Part shown: in pieces, positions 1 to 12,912 of the stretch
How positions within the stretch are numbered: the stretch's first letter is position 1
How the letters are laid out: each line of letters opens with the position of its first letter
Assembly (NCBI RefSeq): GCF_006345805.1
Contig: NC_043006.1
Location: 99,324,001-99,388,000 of the forward strand
Length of the DNA stretch: 64,000 nt
DNA from: Octopus sinensis
Taxonomy: Eukaryota
Direction: 5' to 3'
Translations under genes and position numbers: made by a program
The notes under the pieces: model-generated
Database searches by the model: none
What the model was told of the DNA's origin: nothing
What the model saw: only the letters and a program-made list of their open reading frames with translations

Positions 1-250
1 CTTTCATCATTGAAATTGCACAATGTTGACATCAGTTATTACAACCTTTGACACAATGATTGATATGACCTGATGTAGATGATGAAAGACTGAAAGACCT
101 GTACTCTCATGGATACCTCGACCGTTGCAGGCACGATACACGTTCTGGCTGAGAATGCGATCTCTTAAAACTTCGGATTCTTTCTGGGCATATTGGGGTA
201 CACACACACATAGATACATACATCTCTATTATCCTTTATTATAAATTCCT

Positions 251-309
<59 letters not shown>

Positions 310-849
310 CCGAGACCACTATCTTACGCATACACCACTCCCATACAAACACTCGCATATACCATACTGAGACACACACACGCAATGGCTATTTTTACAC
401 TCACTTGTGTTAAAAACTGCTTTATATCTCTGAAAGTGCGGTCTCGTCCGTCATGTAACGAGACATGTGCATTTCTTGGAATATTTTTTCCTTTTCCGGA
501 CCTACACTTTCTCCTCTTTCACACGAAGATCCACGCTCGGAACGTAAAAGCAACAGCAATTATTATTTATTTTCCATATTTACTGATCTTCAGGTTAATA
601 CATTCCATTTCTACATGTTATTGTCGTCTTGCTATTTTTTATTTTTTATGTTGTCTATACATACGTATATATATATATATATATATATATATCTTTCCAT
701 GCCTTATTCATAAAATAAGAAGCAGAGCAAATAATGAAAGCTATTGGCTTATCTCTCTAACCTCATACCTAGCATTGTTTTCCACCAGGTATAAGTTGCC
801 TGATACAATTCTAAAGCACTTCGCTTGGGTATTAAATAAGATTCTCAGC

Positions 850-1700
850 AGCTCGGATATGAACGTGATGTATCTTGACTTTACAAAAGCCTTTTATAAG
901 TTTATCCATATTGGGATATGTTACAAGAGTGGCTACGCGAGTAGTAGGCAAACGGGCTGCTTCCAAAGAAACACAAATGCTGAGTGATGTGCTACAGGGC
1001 ACTTTCATGGTGTCACTGCTATTCACAGTGGCCCTATTAGACATGTCCTCATCTCCACAGATAGTCACTATCTATAGTAATGCAGTAAATACAAATGTCT
1101 CTCTGAGAGAACAGAGCCCTAGATATTTTGCGCTCCTGCAAGAAGAACTGGACGCAATATACAGGTGCCCTGAGAATAATAGAATGCGGTTTAAAGTTGT
1201 AACATTCCATGTCCTTCGATACCAGCACGTGAAGTTAAATGAAATTGAAAGAAAATATACTGACCCTGGAGAGGTAGTAACCCTTGAACCAAAGTCAATT
1301 CCAGACCTGGAATTCATATACGTAATGATGCCTATTTCCATGTGCATAATACATGATAAAATGTAGTGGGGTTGATGGGATCGATCCTTAGATCATTCAG
1401 AACCAGAGAACAGGAAATGTTCTGAAGAGGACATTGGCTCTCATTCGTTTAGACTACTGCCCCCAACTATGGACACCTCATGATGTAATATAAGGTCGGA
1501 ACTAGCAACGTAGCAGTCATAAAGAAAAGATTACCTCAATGTGACATAATTAGCTAGTGGGAGAAGGGCCAAAAGTTAAAAATCTACAGCCCAGAATGAA
1601 GGCAGAAACAAATATGCAGTGGTAGCCATCTTCAAAATGGCATTAAGTTATATAAGAACTACGGAGATTTTCCCACTGTTAAGTGATGAGCCGTTCTGTT
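850..1700 (+). mobile_element. Degenerate CR1/jockey-group LINE reverse transcriptase fragment
   Basis: Translates across frames as DVMYLDFTKAF (DVIYLDFxKAFD), SDVLQGTFMVSLLF (SGVPQGTVLGPLLF), LQEELDAIYRCPENNRMRF, then CPQLWTPH and KLKIYSPE; many stops and frameshifts. Confidence 0.85.
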
Positions 1701-1944
1701 TCGTATATAGCATCCAATGCCAAAGTTTCGGGCAATTTCTTCAGGATTTTTCAAATGGATATCACTGCATAGACTGAACATATGTTCTGTATCAAGAAAA
1801 AGATGAATGCGTGTTAGTTGCATCATATCTGTAAACATCTACAATAAATGTGCTTATCAAATTATATAATTAAAAGGAAGTAATGTGATACGTATGTATG
1901 ACAATGGAACTGGTCACTAATATTAACTTTCACTAAGAACGTCC

Positions 1945-2165
1945 CTTGATTCATGTGGTGAGTTGGCAGAAACGTTAGCACGCCAGGCGAAATGCTTAGC
2001 AATATTTCGTCTATCTTTACGTTCTGCATTTTAACTCCGCCGAGGTCGACTTTGTCTTTCATCCTTTCGGGATCGATAAATTAAGTATCATTTGCGTACT
2101 GGGGTCAATTTAATCCACTGGCCCCTCTCCCGAATAATTCGGGCCTTGTGCCTAGAGTAGAAAAA
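1945..2165 (+). mobile_element. tRNA-derived SINE (octopus-type, 'GGCGGTGAGCTGGCAGAA' family)
   Basis: GTGAGTTGGCAGAAACGTTAGCACGCC head and CCGAGGTCGACTTTGTCTTTCATCCTTTCGGG body, shared with several other copies in this window. Confidence 0.8.
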
Positions 2166-3978
2166 CATATACCTTGATTCTTCAGCAATGGGACTGCTAA
2201 CTGGTATTAACTTTTCAATAGGATTTTCTTCATTTTCCGATAACGGGGCCCCTATCTTTCGATAACAATGTTCTTTCGTTTTCCAATGAACTGATAACTA
2301 CTAATATCTTTTAATATGAATATTCCTGACTGCTTTCTCTGCGAAAACGGAAACATTGGCTTACATAGAACTCTTACCTCAATAGCTTATATTCCACCTG
2401 CTCATTAGGCGTAGAAACTGCTCTAAGTGACTATACGGCACACTTCTTAACCCCTTATTCACTCTAACTACTCAGCAATTTTGATTGAATTATGAACGTC
2501 ATGGTGTAAATTGATACCATATTTTACTTGTTCTTTGTCTCTTTCTAATATATATTTGTGTGCGTGTGTGTATGTGAATGTGAGTGTGTGTATTTGTATG
2601 TGTGTCTGTGTCTGTGTGTCGGTGTGTGTGTTTTGTGTGTTTCTGTGTGTGCGAGTGTGCGGACGTGTATAACGTGAAAAGAGTAAACAGCACACGCGTA
2701 AATTTGAATGGCAGGCTTTCTAGCGGCTGTTATTTTGATACCATCAGCATATACACCACAAGCAGAATTGCCTCTTAGACTTCATCCCCTCTCTCCTAGA
2801 TGCAGCACACACATTCTGCCCTTGTACAAAATACTAATCATTGTCATTACTCTTAATAGACCTATCCCCAGGAAATCCTGCACTGAATTTTCGTGATCTG
2901 CAACCGTAAATTTGTAACTGTTTGTGAGAAGAGTTAACTGCATCAATCTCAACTCTTCTTAGTGGGCTTGGAAAAGCCACAAGTACACAGCAAAATCAAT
3001 AAACTTAATAAAAAACATATGATATCAAACATGAAACATAAACAACGGGAAATTAAGATAAAATAGATATTAGAATGTTTGAAATAAAAATTCAACTGTA
3101 AATCATTGCCGGAATCAATTACTGACGTATAGTTTCAGTTGAACGCTGATATTTGAAAGACCACCTTTTCATCTCAATCATTTTGTCTTGTGCATTACAG
3201 ATCAATGGTAGATACTGCTTTAAAGTAGTGCGTAATTGTTTGTTTATGAAAATGTTTCGCTTTAATCATGGGAATATTAGACATAACGATGTTTTTAAAT
3301 ATACCTGACAGATTCATTATAGTTTAAATGATGATGAATGGTTGAAGAAATATATTTCTCTCTGATGAAAATGATGTACGGGCTAATTACAATGTTTAGG
3401 AAAATTGATATTTTGTCTGACAGGAAAACTATGCAGTGATATAATATACAGATAATCAGAATAGATACGAAGCCAAAATAATAGCTTAGAGGTCAACCAT
3501 TTGTATCTCCCCATATACTGCAATTTTCGTCATTCAAAATGTGTAATTGTATCGAATTTGATTGGATGTCTGCTCATTTGCTCTCATTGATGCAATAATT
3601 TCAAATGCGATTCGTGAAAGTATTCCCCACGGTCTTTAATATTTCTTTATTAAGTTCAAAACGTTACACAGATATACTCGATCGCTTAATTATATCATAA
3701 TAATGTGTCTAATGTTCTAGACAATAAACTTAGCATAACCTATTCATATGCAATTCTCTTTCTGTTTAGAAATACATCACACAGACGGTGTTATAACACA
3801 GCACAATGTGATTGTCAACATTACTAGGCGAAGGAAAAATAAATCCACTTGCCACAGACGGTTATATGTGAGTGTCTGTATGTATCTGGGTATGTAGGTA
3901 CATACATGCATATATATAAAAGTGTGTGCATGAATGTATATACCTGTATATATACACACACACGCATACATAAATATT

Positions 3979-4028
<50 letters not shown>

Positions 4029-4092
4029 AACAAACACTTGTATATATATATATATGTGTGTACATATAGTGACAGCGAGAGAGAATAAATTG

Positions 4093-4151
<59 letters not shown>

Positions 4152-4198
4152 CAGACAGACAAACCGACATGCAGGTGGCATGATAGACAGATACACTA

Positions 4199-5560
4199 AA
4201 AGAGATACCTGGATAACTGTTTCATTCTTTGGCATGAAGGTCTAGAGAGACTTAAATAATTTCAAGCACTTATAAATGGACCTGACTTAAACATTCAATT
4301 TACGATGGAATATAGTCATCAACAACTTCTATTCCCCGACATTCTCATTAAGAAATGTAACAACGAAATAGAAATAGATATATGCTATACGCCCACGGTC
4401 TCCAAGCAATACCTTCTGTTCAACTCGTGCCACTCCTGACACACTAGAATGTGTATCGAATTTGATTGGATGTCTGCTCATTTGCTCTCGTTGATGCAAT
4501 AATTTCAAATACGATTCGTGAAAGTATTCCCCACTGTCTTTAATATTTCTTTATTAAGTTCAAAATGTTACACAGATATACTCGATTGCTTAATTATATT
4601 ATAATAATGTATTATTTTAAGGCGGCAAGTTGGGGGAATCCTCAGCACCCGGGGCAAAAAAATAAGCGGCCGATGTCGACTTTGCCTTTCATCCTTTCGG
4701 GGTCGATTAAATAAATACCGGTGGAGAGGTGGCGTAGATGTAATCGACTTGTCACCTGCCCCAAAAGGATTTGTACTATAATTTCTAATGCAAACACCAG
4801 GGACACACGACTACATGAAATAAATGATACAATCAGTACCAGTAAATATCGACTATCAATAATTGATATAGGCTTTACAGGTGACCTACAACTAAATATC
4901 CCAAAAAACAGACATCCCAACTTAAAAAGGATTCACGACCAAAAGCCCTAGCATACATCTCCATACACAGCCCCCTTAAAAATGAAGCCTTCGAAACCAT
5001 CCTCCAGAATATATCACTACTAAAAAGGGAACATAGAATGAATTTAATCCTTCTAATACACATCATCATAAAGAGCAAAATACACCCCAAATCTATGAAA
5101 AGTCTCCTAACACAAACCCAAGTACACTTGACAACAACATTGAAGCCATCAATAAAAAAAGACGTAAGAATTAAATGTGCTATATGCATCATCCTAATTG
5201 AGGTATCAGTGTTCTCTTTCAAACAGGGTCATAGTTTTAGTGAAAAAAAACTTCACACGTGTTTGGGAGAACTTAATATATTATTAACTTGCTTTGGGTG
5301 TCGAGAACAGTACATAGGCCAAACCAAAAACAGTCTACGTCAAATAATGCCTCTACATAAATCCTAGATCAAAATTCAGGAATACAGAAAAATATTATTC
5401 AGCGAAGACATCGACATTTGCGTCACTAACAGACAACCGAGCTTCAGAATTTTCCCCTCTATAAATTCAGGGACGATGCAACGTATTGTCAGCACAATAG
5501 CAAAGAGTCATAATTTATTACAAAATATAAACCTCTTTTGATTGCAAACACCACAAATGA
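4199..5560 (+). mobile_element. Penelope-like element remnant (RT C-terminal part plus GIY-YIG endonuclease), interrupted at 4452-4766
   Basis: KRYLDNCFILW...NIQFTME...YTPTVSKQYLLFNSCH (PLE RT), then RICTIIS...RDTRLHE, then LTCFGCREQYIGQTKNSLRQ (second GIY-YIG motif) and FRIFP. Confidence 0.85.
4621..4766 (+). mobile_element. Internally deleted SINE variant, copy 1
   Basis: GGCGGCAAG..CAGCACCCGGGGCAAAAAAA.AGCGGCCGATGTCGACTTTGCC; nearly identical to 7397-7570. Confidence 0.8.
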
Positions 5561-5782
5561 CACTATTACAAGGGCATTAGAAAAAATACACAGGCAAATA
5601 TAAAAAAAAGAAAATTCAATACCCATGAATTTCGTCATAACAAATCCTGTCACAACTACTATCACAACCGCAACAGGTCACTTTTAGGCCACTTGACTAC
5701 TTAAGAGGATTCCACCAACATCCTGCTACGTTCATACAACTCTCGCATTTTTACTTTTCTTTCTCTTGATTTCGTACTCCCT

Positions 5783-5912
5783 CTTCTTCTGCTTCTTCTT
5801 CCACTTATTGCTCTTCTTCTTCTTCTTCTTCTTCTTCTTCTTCTTCTTCTCTTCTTCTTCTTCTTCTTCTTCTTCTTCTTCTTCTTCTTCTTCTTCTTCT
5901 CTTGTTCTTCTT
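5783..5912. repeat. (CTT)n microsatellite
   Basis: Read directly; explains the poly-K/R/F/S ORFs. Confidence 0.95.
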
Positions 5913-6309
5913 CTGCGCCTCCTTCCTCAGTTACTACTGCTGCTAATACAATCAAAACCAAGAACTCTTATCAAATATTAGCATTGTTACTAGCTGCTAC
6001 CAAGTCTGCACAAGAGTAAAAAAGAGAGTCAGAGACACATAGAAAAAAGGGAAAATGAAATGTTACTTGCAATTCAAAACTACGGAAATATTTTTAAAAA
6101 ACATTACCTTTAATTTTGTCATAATTTCATTGTTTTCCGTGCTTTACTCAAAGTTGACAAAGTCGCAGTGATTGAAACAGGTTCTAAAATGTTCTTCATG
6201 GAATGATAGTAGCATTTTCTACCTTGTCTTATTTTCCTTATACACATCAACTCGTGTGCCCAGATATTCATTACAGCATTCAAACGTCTGGCATTCATAC
6301 TGTATTTCA

Positions 6310-6373
<64 letters not shown>

Positions 6374-6374
<1 letters not shown>

Positions 6375-7146
6375 TATGTTGTTGTTATGCCTAGTGTGCC
6401 ATATATTTGGGGGGTGGGGATGTTGTACTAATGAATGTCTAAAAAAAAAGTTTTTTTTTTTTTTTTTTTTAAACCGAAAATTATGGCTGTTTTAAACCTT
6501 GAGGTTACATAGAGAGTATTTTGCGTAGGATATGAGCAGTTCCCATGAGCACTATCTTTTGAACTTCTGCCATTTTTGGGTTTCCTGGTATCTGAGTTAG
6601 GTAGCTATCAGCCCCTTTTGCTATCATTCCCAGGGCACCTATGACAACAGGTATTGTTTTAGTCTTCAGCTTCCACATTTTGCTGATTTCTATTTCAAGA
6701 TCTTTATATTTGCTCAGTTTTTGGTAGGTACTGACAGATACGTTTATATCGATTGGGACAGTCATATCAATGAGGAGGCATGTTCTTTGTTTGAAGTCTT
6801 TCAATATGATGTCTGGCGTATTTGCATCTATCTTCCTGTCAGTTTGAATGGTGAAGTTCCAGAGGAGTGAGATGTGGTCATTTTCAAGCACTGGGGGTGG
6901 TTTGTGTTCCCACCAGTTTTTTTCATGGGGCAAATCCAGGTTTTTACAGATTACCCAGTGAATATATTGTGCAGCTCTATCGTGCCTGTTGAGATACTCT
7001 GTAGGCGCTAGAAGACTGCACTTGGAGACCACATGGTCAATGGTTTCATTTTGTTGCTTGCATACACGACACGTTGGACTGCTTCTGATCTTTAATATGT
7101 TGGCCTGGTAGTTTCTTGTTGGTAGGCATTGATCTTGAGCTGCTTT
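6374..7146 (-). mobile_element. 5'-truncated Dong/R4-clade non-LTR retrotransposon (CCHC knuckle, restriction-like endonuclease, 3' UTR) inside (TAA)n
   Basis: Open frame 7146->6505: KAAQDQCLPTRNYQ...CRVCKQQNETIDHVVSKC (C-x2-C-x8-H-x4-C), RHD, PDIILKD...LID, KLSKY, PVVIGALG. (ATT)n on both sides (6310-6373 and 7147-7392). Confidence 0.9.
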
Positions 7147-7171
7147 ATTATTATTATTATTATTATTATTA

Positions 7172-7233
<62 letters not shown>

Positions 7234-7303
7234 GTTGTTATTATTGTTATTGTTTTTGTTACTATTATTATTATTGTTGTTATTGCTATTATTATAATAA
7301 TAA

Positions 7304-7352
<49 letters not shown>

Positions 7353-7396
7353 CATCATCATCATCATCATCATCATCATTATTATTATTATTTTAA

Positions 7397-7570
7397 GGCG
7401 GCAAGGTGGGGAAATACTCAGCACCCGGGGCAAAAAAATTAGCGGCCGATGTCGACTTTGCCTTTCATTCTTTCGGGGTCGATTAAATAAATACCGGTGG
7501 AGAGGTGGCGTAGATGTAATCGACTTGTCACCTGCCCCAAATTTCAGGTCACGTGGGCTATATTGAAAAT
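7397..7570 (+). mobile_element. Internally deleted SINE variant, copy 2
   Basis: Same deletion junction as 4621-4766, with a longer 3' end. Confidence 0.8.
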
Positions 7571-7626
7571 ATTTATTTTTGTTGTTGTTTTTGTTCTTAG
7601 TAGCAGTAATAGTAGCATCAGCAGCT

Positions 7627-7680
<54 letters not shown>

Positions 7681-7972
7681 TATGTTGTTGTTGTTGCTAC
7701 TATATTTGTAAGACGCACCTAGCTTGCAGAAAGGCTAGCACGCCGGACTAAATGGTCAACAAACTTTTGTCCGTTTTTACATCCTGAGTGCAAATGTCAC
7801 CGATGTTATGTTCCCTCTCAATTCTTTCGGCAGCAATTAAATAGGTTCAATAGCCTCGATAAAATAGTTGAAGGCAATAAAAAAAACGCGTCAAGTATAA
7901 AATTTGCATTGGAATGACACATAGCCACACATGAAAAAAACTATAAATAGTTTACGTGTAACTTTTGACTAT

Positions 7973-8383
7973 AGGCGTAGTCTGTGTGGTAAGTAGCTTG
8001 TTTACGAACCACATAGTTCTGGGGTTTAGTCCCACTGCGTGGCAACTTGGACAATTGCCTTCTACTTTAGCCTCGGATCAACCAAAACCTTGTGAGTGGA
8101 TTTGGTAGACGGAAACTGAAAGAAGCCCGTCGTATATATGTATATATATATGTGTGGTGTGTGTGTGTATGTGTATATATGTTTGTGCGTCTGTGTTTGC
8201 CCCCCCCCCAACATCGCTTGACAATCGATGCTGGTGTATTTACGTCACCGTAACTTAGCGGTTCGGCAAAAGGGACCGATAGAATAAGCACTAGGCTTAC
8301 AAAGAATAAGTCCTGGGGTCGATTTGCTCGACTAAAGGTGGTGCTCCAGCATGACCACAGTCAAATGACTGAAACAAGTAAAA
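7973..8383 (+). mobile_element. tRNA-derived SINE with CORE-like segment and internal TA/TG microsatellite
   Basis: Matches 49223-49634 and 55541-55960 over its length (TGTGTGGTAAGTAGCTTG...GACTGAAACAAGTAAAA). Confidence 0.85.
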
Positions 8384-9427
8384 ATAATAAAATCGTAAAA
8401 TAGTATTAATAATAGTAATTATAGATGAGTGACAATATTTCTTTCTAAATGTCATTACACACTCATAAGTAAATATTGATCAACATTAATAATTTGCATT
8501 GATGTTCCAAGGATAATTGTAATATAATTCCATAAAACAAAATAAAAATAATTCATTGATGATTACCTTAAGTAAATAATAATAAATATTAATATTGTTT
8601 CGTGATGAATTCTAATTACCTAAACACTCTTAGCAGTTTTCGCATTTTGAATTCAGGAACTTCATAACAATATCCTTGTGTGTTATTGCATTTTTTTTCA
8701 CCTTATGCCTTTATGTGTGTCTTGTTATGCACCTCCTCTTACACACAAATGTATATACGTGCTGAGGTGCATACAAATAATTGAAACACCTTTTATTTAT
8801 CTCAAGCAAACACGCATAAATATAAATTAATTCGTCGATTACCAAATTGCAGTAAGTTGATATCTTACGATCGTTTCAAATAAATTCTAGTCTTTTACGT
8901 GGTAAAGTTTATATTGTGTATTCTGTCAACGGAAATGTTTGAAGTGTTCGGTAAAAGGAATGAAGAAAGAGTTATACTTCAGAGGGATGAGAGGCAGACG
9001 GAAACAGAAGGAAGGAGTTTAAGAAATGGATGAATAAACAATGATTTACATTTTATATTCATTTGATATGTTCATAAGAACGCACTCTACTGCAATTTGT
9101 TTCGAATTTATTGAATAAATAAAATGAAGTATTCGGCAAAAAGAATGAGTCGTCATAACTAACCTCTGAAGAGCGACCGAAATAAGCATCAGCAATAAAC
9201 TTCATACAAGTTGAGAGTGTGTTGTGTCTAACAACTAGCAGGATAAAAATTAGATCACCCGTGAGTAATTTATGTGTGGGGTGAATCATTATCCTGCTAT
9301 GCATCTATCAATATCAATTGATAGCTGCGCATGAAATTAAAACATACCTGTAAAAAATTAATTTTGAAACTCTATGTATGGCATACTTATAATAATAGCA
9401 TCACTGGCTTAAATGCCGACATATATT

Positions 9428-9810
9428 AGAGACGCCCAAACAGTGATGTTAAGCGTACTGTCTGATGACACAGTTGCTTTGAGGGTCTAAAAGTAAAGTC
9501 CCAATTCGGTTGTGGATGACCATGGGATTGCACAGAGAAGTTCCTTCGGAGGCAAAAGTCAGAGCAGAGCGGTTTATGGAAGCTCAGCAGTCGCCCATGC
9601 ATACCAGACTCCCCTCTCCGTGTCAACGATGTTATCCAAAGAGAAAGTAAAAGCCGATACAGCTTGGTACCAGTGATGTCGAATCTGATTTCTACAGCTG
9701 AGTGAACTGGAGCATCGTGAAATAAAGTGTCTTGCTCAATAACACAAAGCACAGACCGGTCCGGGATAGAGCTCAGTAGCTCATAATTGTGATCCCGACG
9801 CTCTAGCCAT
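9428..9810 (-). mobile_element. tRNA-headed SINE with CORE-like segment and LINE-like tail
   Basis: Minus strand has a degenerate tRNA head followed by TGAGCAAGACACTTTATTTCACGATGCTCCAGTTCACTCAGCTG, shared with 28454-28716. Confidence 0.7.
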
Positions 9811-10230
9811 TCACACAAACGTAGACATATGCACTCACACGCAAACTCACAAACACACACAAGAACACACGCACATAAAAAGAGATAACAGATGTATACG
9901 GATACATAAATGCACGATTATACATATACTGACGCACAATACCTTTATGGGTCTACTGTAGATACCGTTGTGCATAAATGTACACGCTTTATTTGTAATT
10001 GTGTTGCATAACATGTCTATCTTAAATATGTATTCACATTTATACAGAAAACACGTAACATAGGCACAAACACACGGAAGCAAGCGCATAATCATGTCGA
10101 TATACGAATGCATGCACTCATACATCAATATGTGTGACATTCTGTGTGTGTCTGTGTAAATAAGCACGTTAGGCATTCTAAGAAAATCCTGATACGTTTG
10201 GTGGCTCGCTACCTCAACAGGTCCTTTATA

Positions 10231-10740
10231 GGATCCAGTTGCCAAGGACATCATCAGAAGGAACCACGTCCGGTTTCGGCCACCACTCCTCTACCGTTTT
10301 TGACGTGGTGAGGCACACCCTTTCGGAGGTGCCTGCAGCTCTGGGGTTCAGTGCGTTTTTTTCTGTTTTCGTTGGGCTTTTGTTCTTTCGCTTCTTCGAT
10401 GCAGCGTCAACGAATGTCAGCGAGCGATTGATCACCTAGCAAGTTTTCCTTTAAATACTCACCAGCAGGCTCCAGCAGCCAGCGACAGCTAACTCTCGAT
10501 GCTACTGACGTGACCTTGATATCACAAAGGTGATATTATAAATGATGCCCGTTCTCTTCTCTGTTGGATATACATAATATACGTCAATAATAAGTGATAT
10601 GAAATAGCAGAATAATTTCATTACTTAAGGCCTTCCACGATTAAAGAATTGTGAAATACTTTAACCGTGGAAGGTCATATGCGTGGAGATACATGGTAGG
10701 GCTTTTGGTTGTAAATCCTTCTTTAAGTTGCGATGTCTGA
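10231..10740 (-). mobile_element. Unclassified repeat, probably a Penelope-associated terminal region with a short ORF scrap
   Basis: GC-richer block. Minus strand 10730->10685 reads QPKALPCISTH, resembling KALAYISIH of the PLE at ~4942. Confidence 0.35.
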
Positions 10741-12021
10741 CATCGCATATATATTTATATGTACACATACTATTACGCATATGCTTACACTTATTGGTTG
10801 GTGGGATTGGCGCTTGTACGTTTGTGCGTATCAAAAGTAACTATCTGCTGAAATTCATTCATAAACAATCAACTAACCATAAAAAGGGTATTTGGCCATG
10901 AATTTATACACGTTTGCCATTTCGAAATTCATTTCTGCTGTAGTACTACTTGAGCTAATAAGAATATTTATGTATTATATATTTTGTTATAAACCTGTAA
11001 ACATCACAGTTATGTTATGGCCACTAGAATCAATTTGAACAAGAATTGTATTTACTTTCTTCCTCCGAAGTGAAACCATTGGATTACTTAAATAAGAAAG
11101 AATATCATTGACAGCAAAAATTACAAAGGTCTTATACAAAAAAGAGATGTTTTGAAGCGCATCCATAATCAATCAGAAGCCACATGAAAGCAAGAATAAA
11201 GGATTTATTGCAAAAACGATTGAAAAAACATTAAATAGGATGAAAAGGACAAATTATAGCAAACTGATTTCATAAAAAGCGGTAGTCTAACTCATTTAAA
11301 ATGCACAGGGGAAGAAAGTTACAACACACATTCAACTAAAGTTGTTTTTAATGTAGTAAAGCAATTTACACATCATATGTTTAATAAAATGTCTACTTTT
11401 ACCATAAATTATAACAAAGCACCACTAATATAACAAAAGAAGAAACAAAATAAACTGTAACATAACAAAAGAATATTTAAAAACTGTAACATAACATCTA
11501 ATATTTTCCATTCGTATGAAACTAATAATGCAGCAAAATTCTGATGTTTTTTGAAATCCCATATCATTTATAAGCCACAGGGAGGACGAATAACATCGCT
11601 CATTCAGTTATGTGAAAAATACTCATTAACATCATCGTAGAACTACATACCAAGTTACAGAAAATAAAAGCAAAAACTGCAAACGAATACTTCGAAGTAA
11701 ATATGGTTAAGTAAAGCGTTAACTTATTTAAATTCCATTGCTGCTTTCCCAAAATATGCTATGCACTGCTATTTGTCACAGTAATTGCCGACTGTTAGCC
11801 AAGTTGAAAGCTGTTAAGATGAACGCTATATTGATTGCTTCGAAAATAAAAATGACAAACAAATACGCCATGACGTGATGAAAATTAATTTAAATATGAA
11901 ACCGAAAATCATCGTTGAACTCCCAAAAATAAAACGACAAATTTGAATAACTGGCAACTAGAGGAATTTGCTCTCTTGCTATATAACAGCGTAGTTCAAA
12001 AGTAGCATTTGTATTAATATA

Positions 12022-12912
12022 CGATGTAATAGCAAAACATTCCCGCATTAATACTGTAGCGTGCCAGAATATGGCAGCCCACAGTTGCTTACACAGTGAT
12101 AGCTGGCAATGATCTCCTTGATGTGGTGTGCCGAGTGACAAAGTTATGTTTACTCCGCAAGTTGTGAAATTTGTGTTTTTCGTGATCACGTGTGCACTGT
12201 AGTCGGTGATTGTTGTCATGGACAGGAAGTTAGAACACATGGGCAGGAAGAGGGAACAAAGAGCCAGTGTGAAATGGTGCATTAAACTTGGGAAGTCAGT
12301 TACAGAGTCATTGAACATGTCAAAGCAAGGCGCCATACGCAATGTTTCGAGTGGTACTGAAGCTTCAAAAGGCACGACAGATCTGTAGCTCAGTCAAGAT
12401 CATGTTCTTCGTTTTTTCGACATCTGCAATTGTGTGCATTGAGAATTGGTGCCCCAGGGCGAATTCTAATGTGATCTTTGGAAGAGTTTGAGGGGAAACA
12501 TTCAGCGAATTTTTTGCGCTATACAGATTTGTATAGCGCTAAGAACTGGATTCTTCACAGCAACAATCCACCCTGACACTGAGCTCTCCTCACTCGTGAG
12601 TTTCTTGCCAAAGGCAACATGTAACCGCATCCGCACTCGACCTATTCATCTGATTTAATACTCGCGGAATTCCACCTCTTCCTGAAGTGGAAAATGCAAC
12701 TCAAACGTCACCATTCTAACACCGTTGTCGAGATCTAGAACGGATCACAGAAGGTCCTCTACTCGCTTACGGAAAACAATTTCCAGGCGGGATTGCAAAG
12801 GTAGCAACCTGCACAATGTGACTATTTGGAAGGGGGGGTGGTCTTAAAACTCACATAAATAAGTTATGTCTTATTCAACATAACTAGTCTGAGAAGTTTT
12901 CGATAAACTGCA
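12022..12912 (+). mobile_element. Internally deleted mariner transposon
   Basis: EQRASVKWCIKLGKSVTESL (N-terminal HTH), KNWILHSNNPP.H (DNAP motif decayed), HSTYSSDL (HPPYSPDL decayed), DYLEG end. TA flanks and weak TIRs. Confidence 0.85.

Noticed and set aside
7-219. 70-aa minus-strand ORF with a faint hAT-like HEST motif
   Set aside because: Too short and truncated by the window edge to assign.
385-987. 200-aa ORF and the many other listed ORFs rich in YI/CV/poly-I/poly-K
   Set aside because: They arise from translation through microsatellites or antisense of transposons; no coherent protein.
10240-10330. Hammerhead-like pieces on the minus strand (GGCCGAAACC and CUGAUGA)
   Set aside because: GAAA precedes CUGAUGA by too few bases to build stems I and III, and no matching stem II/GAAA follows the core.
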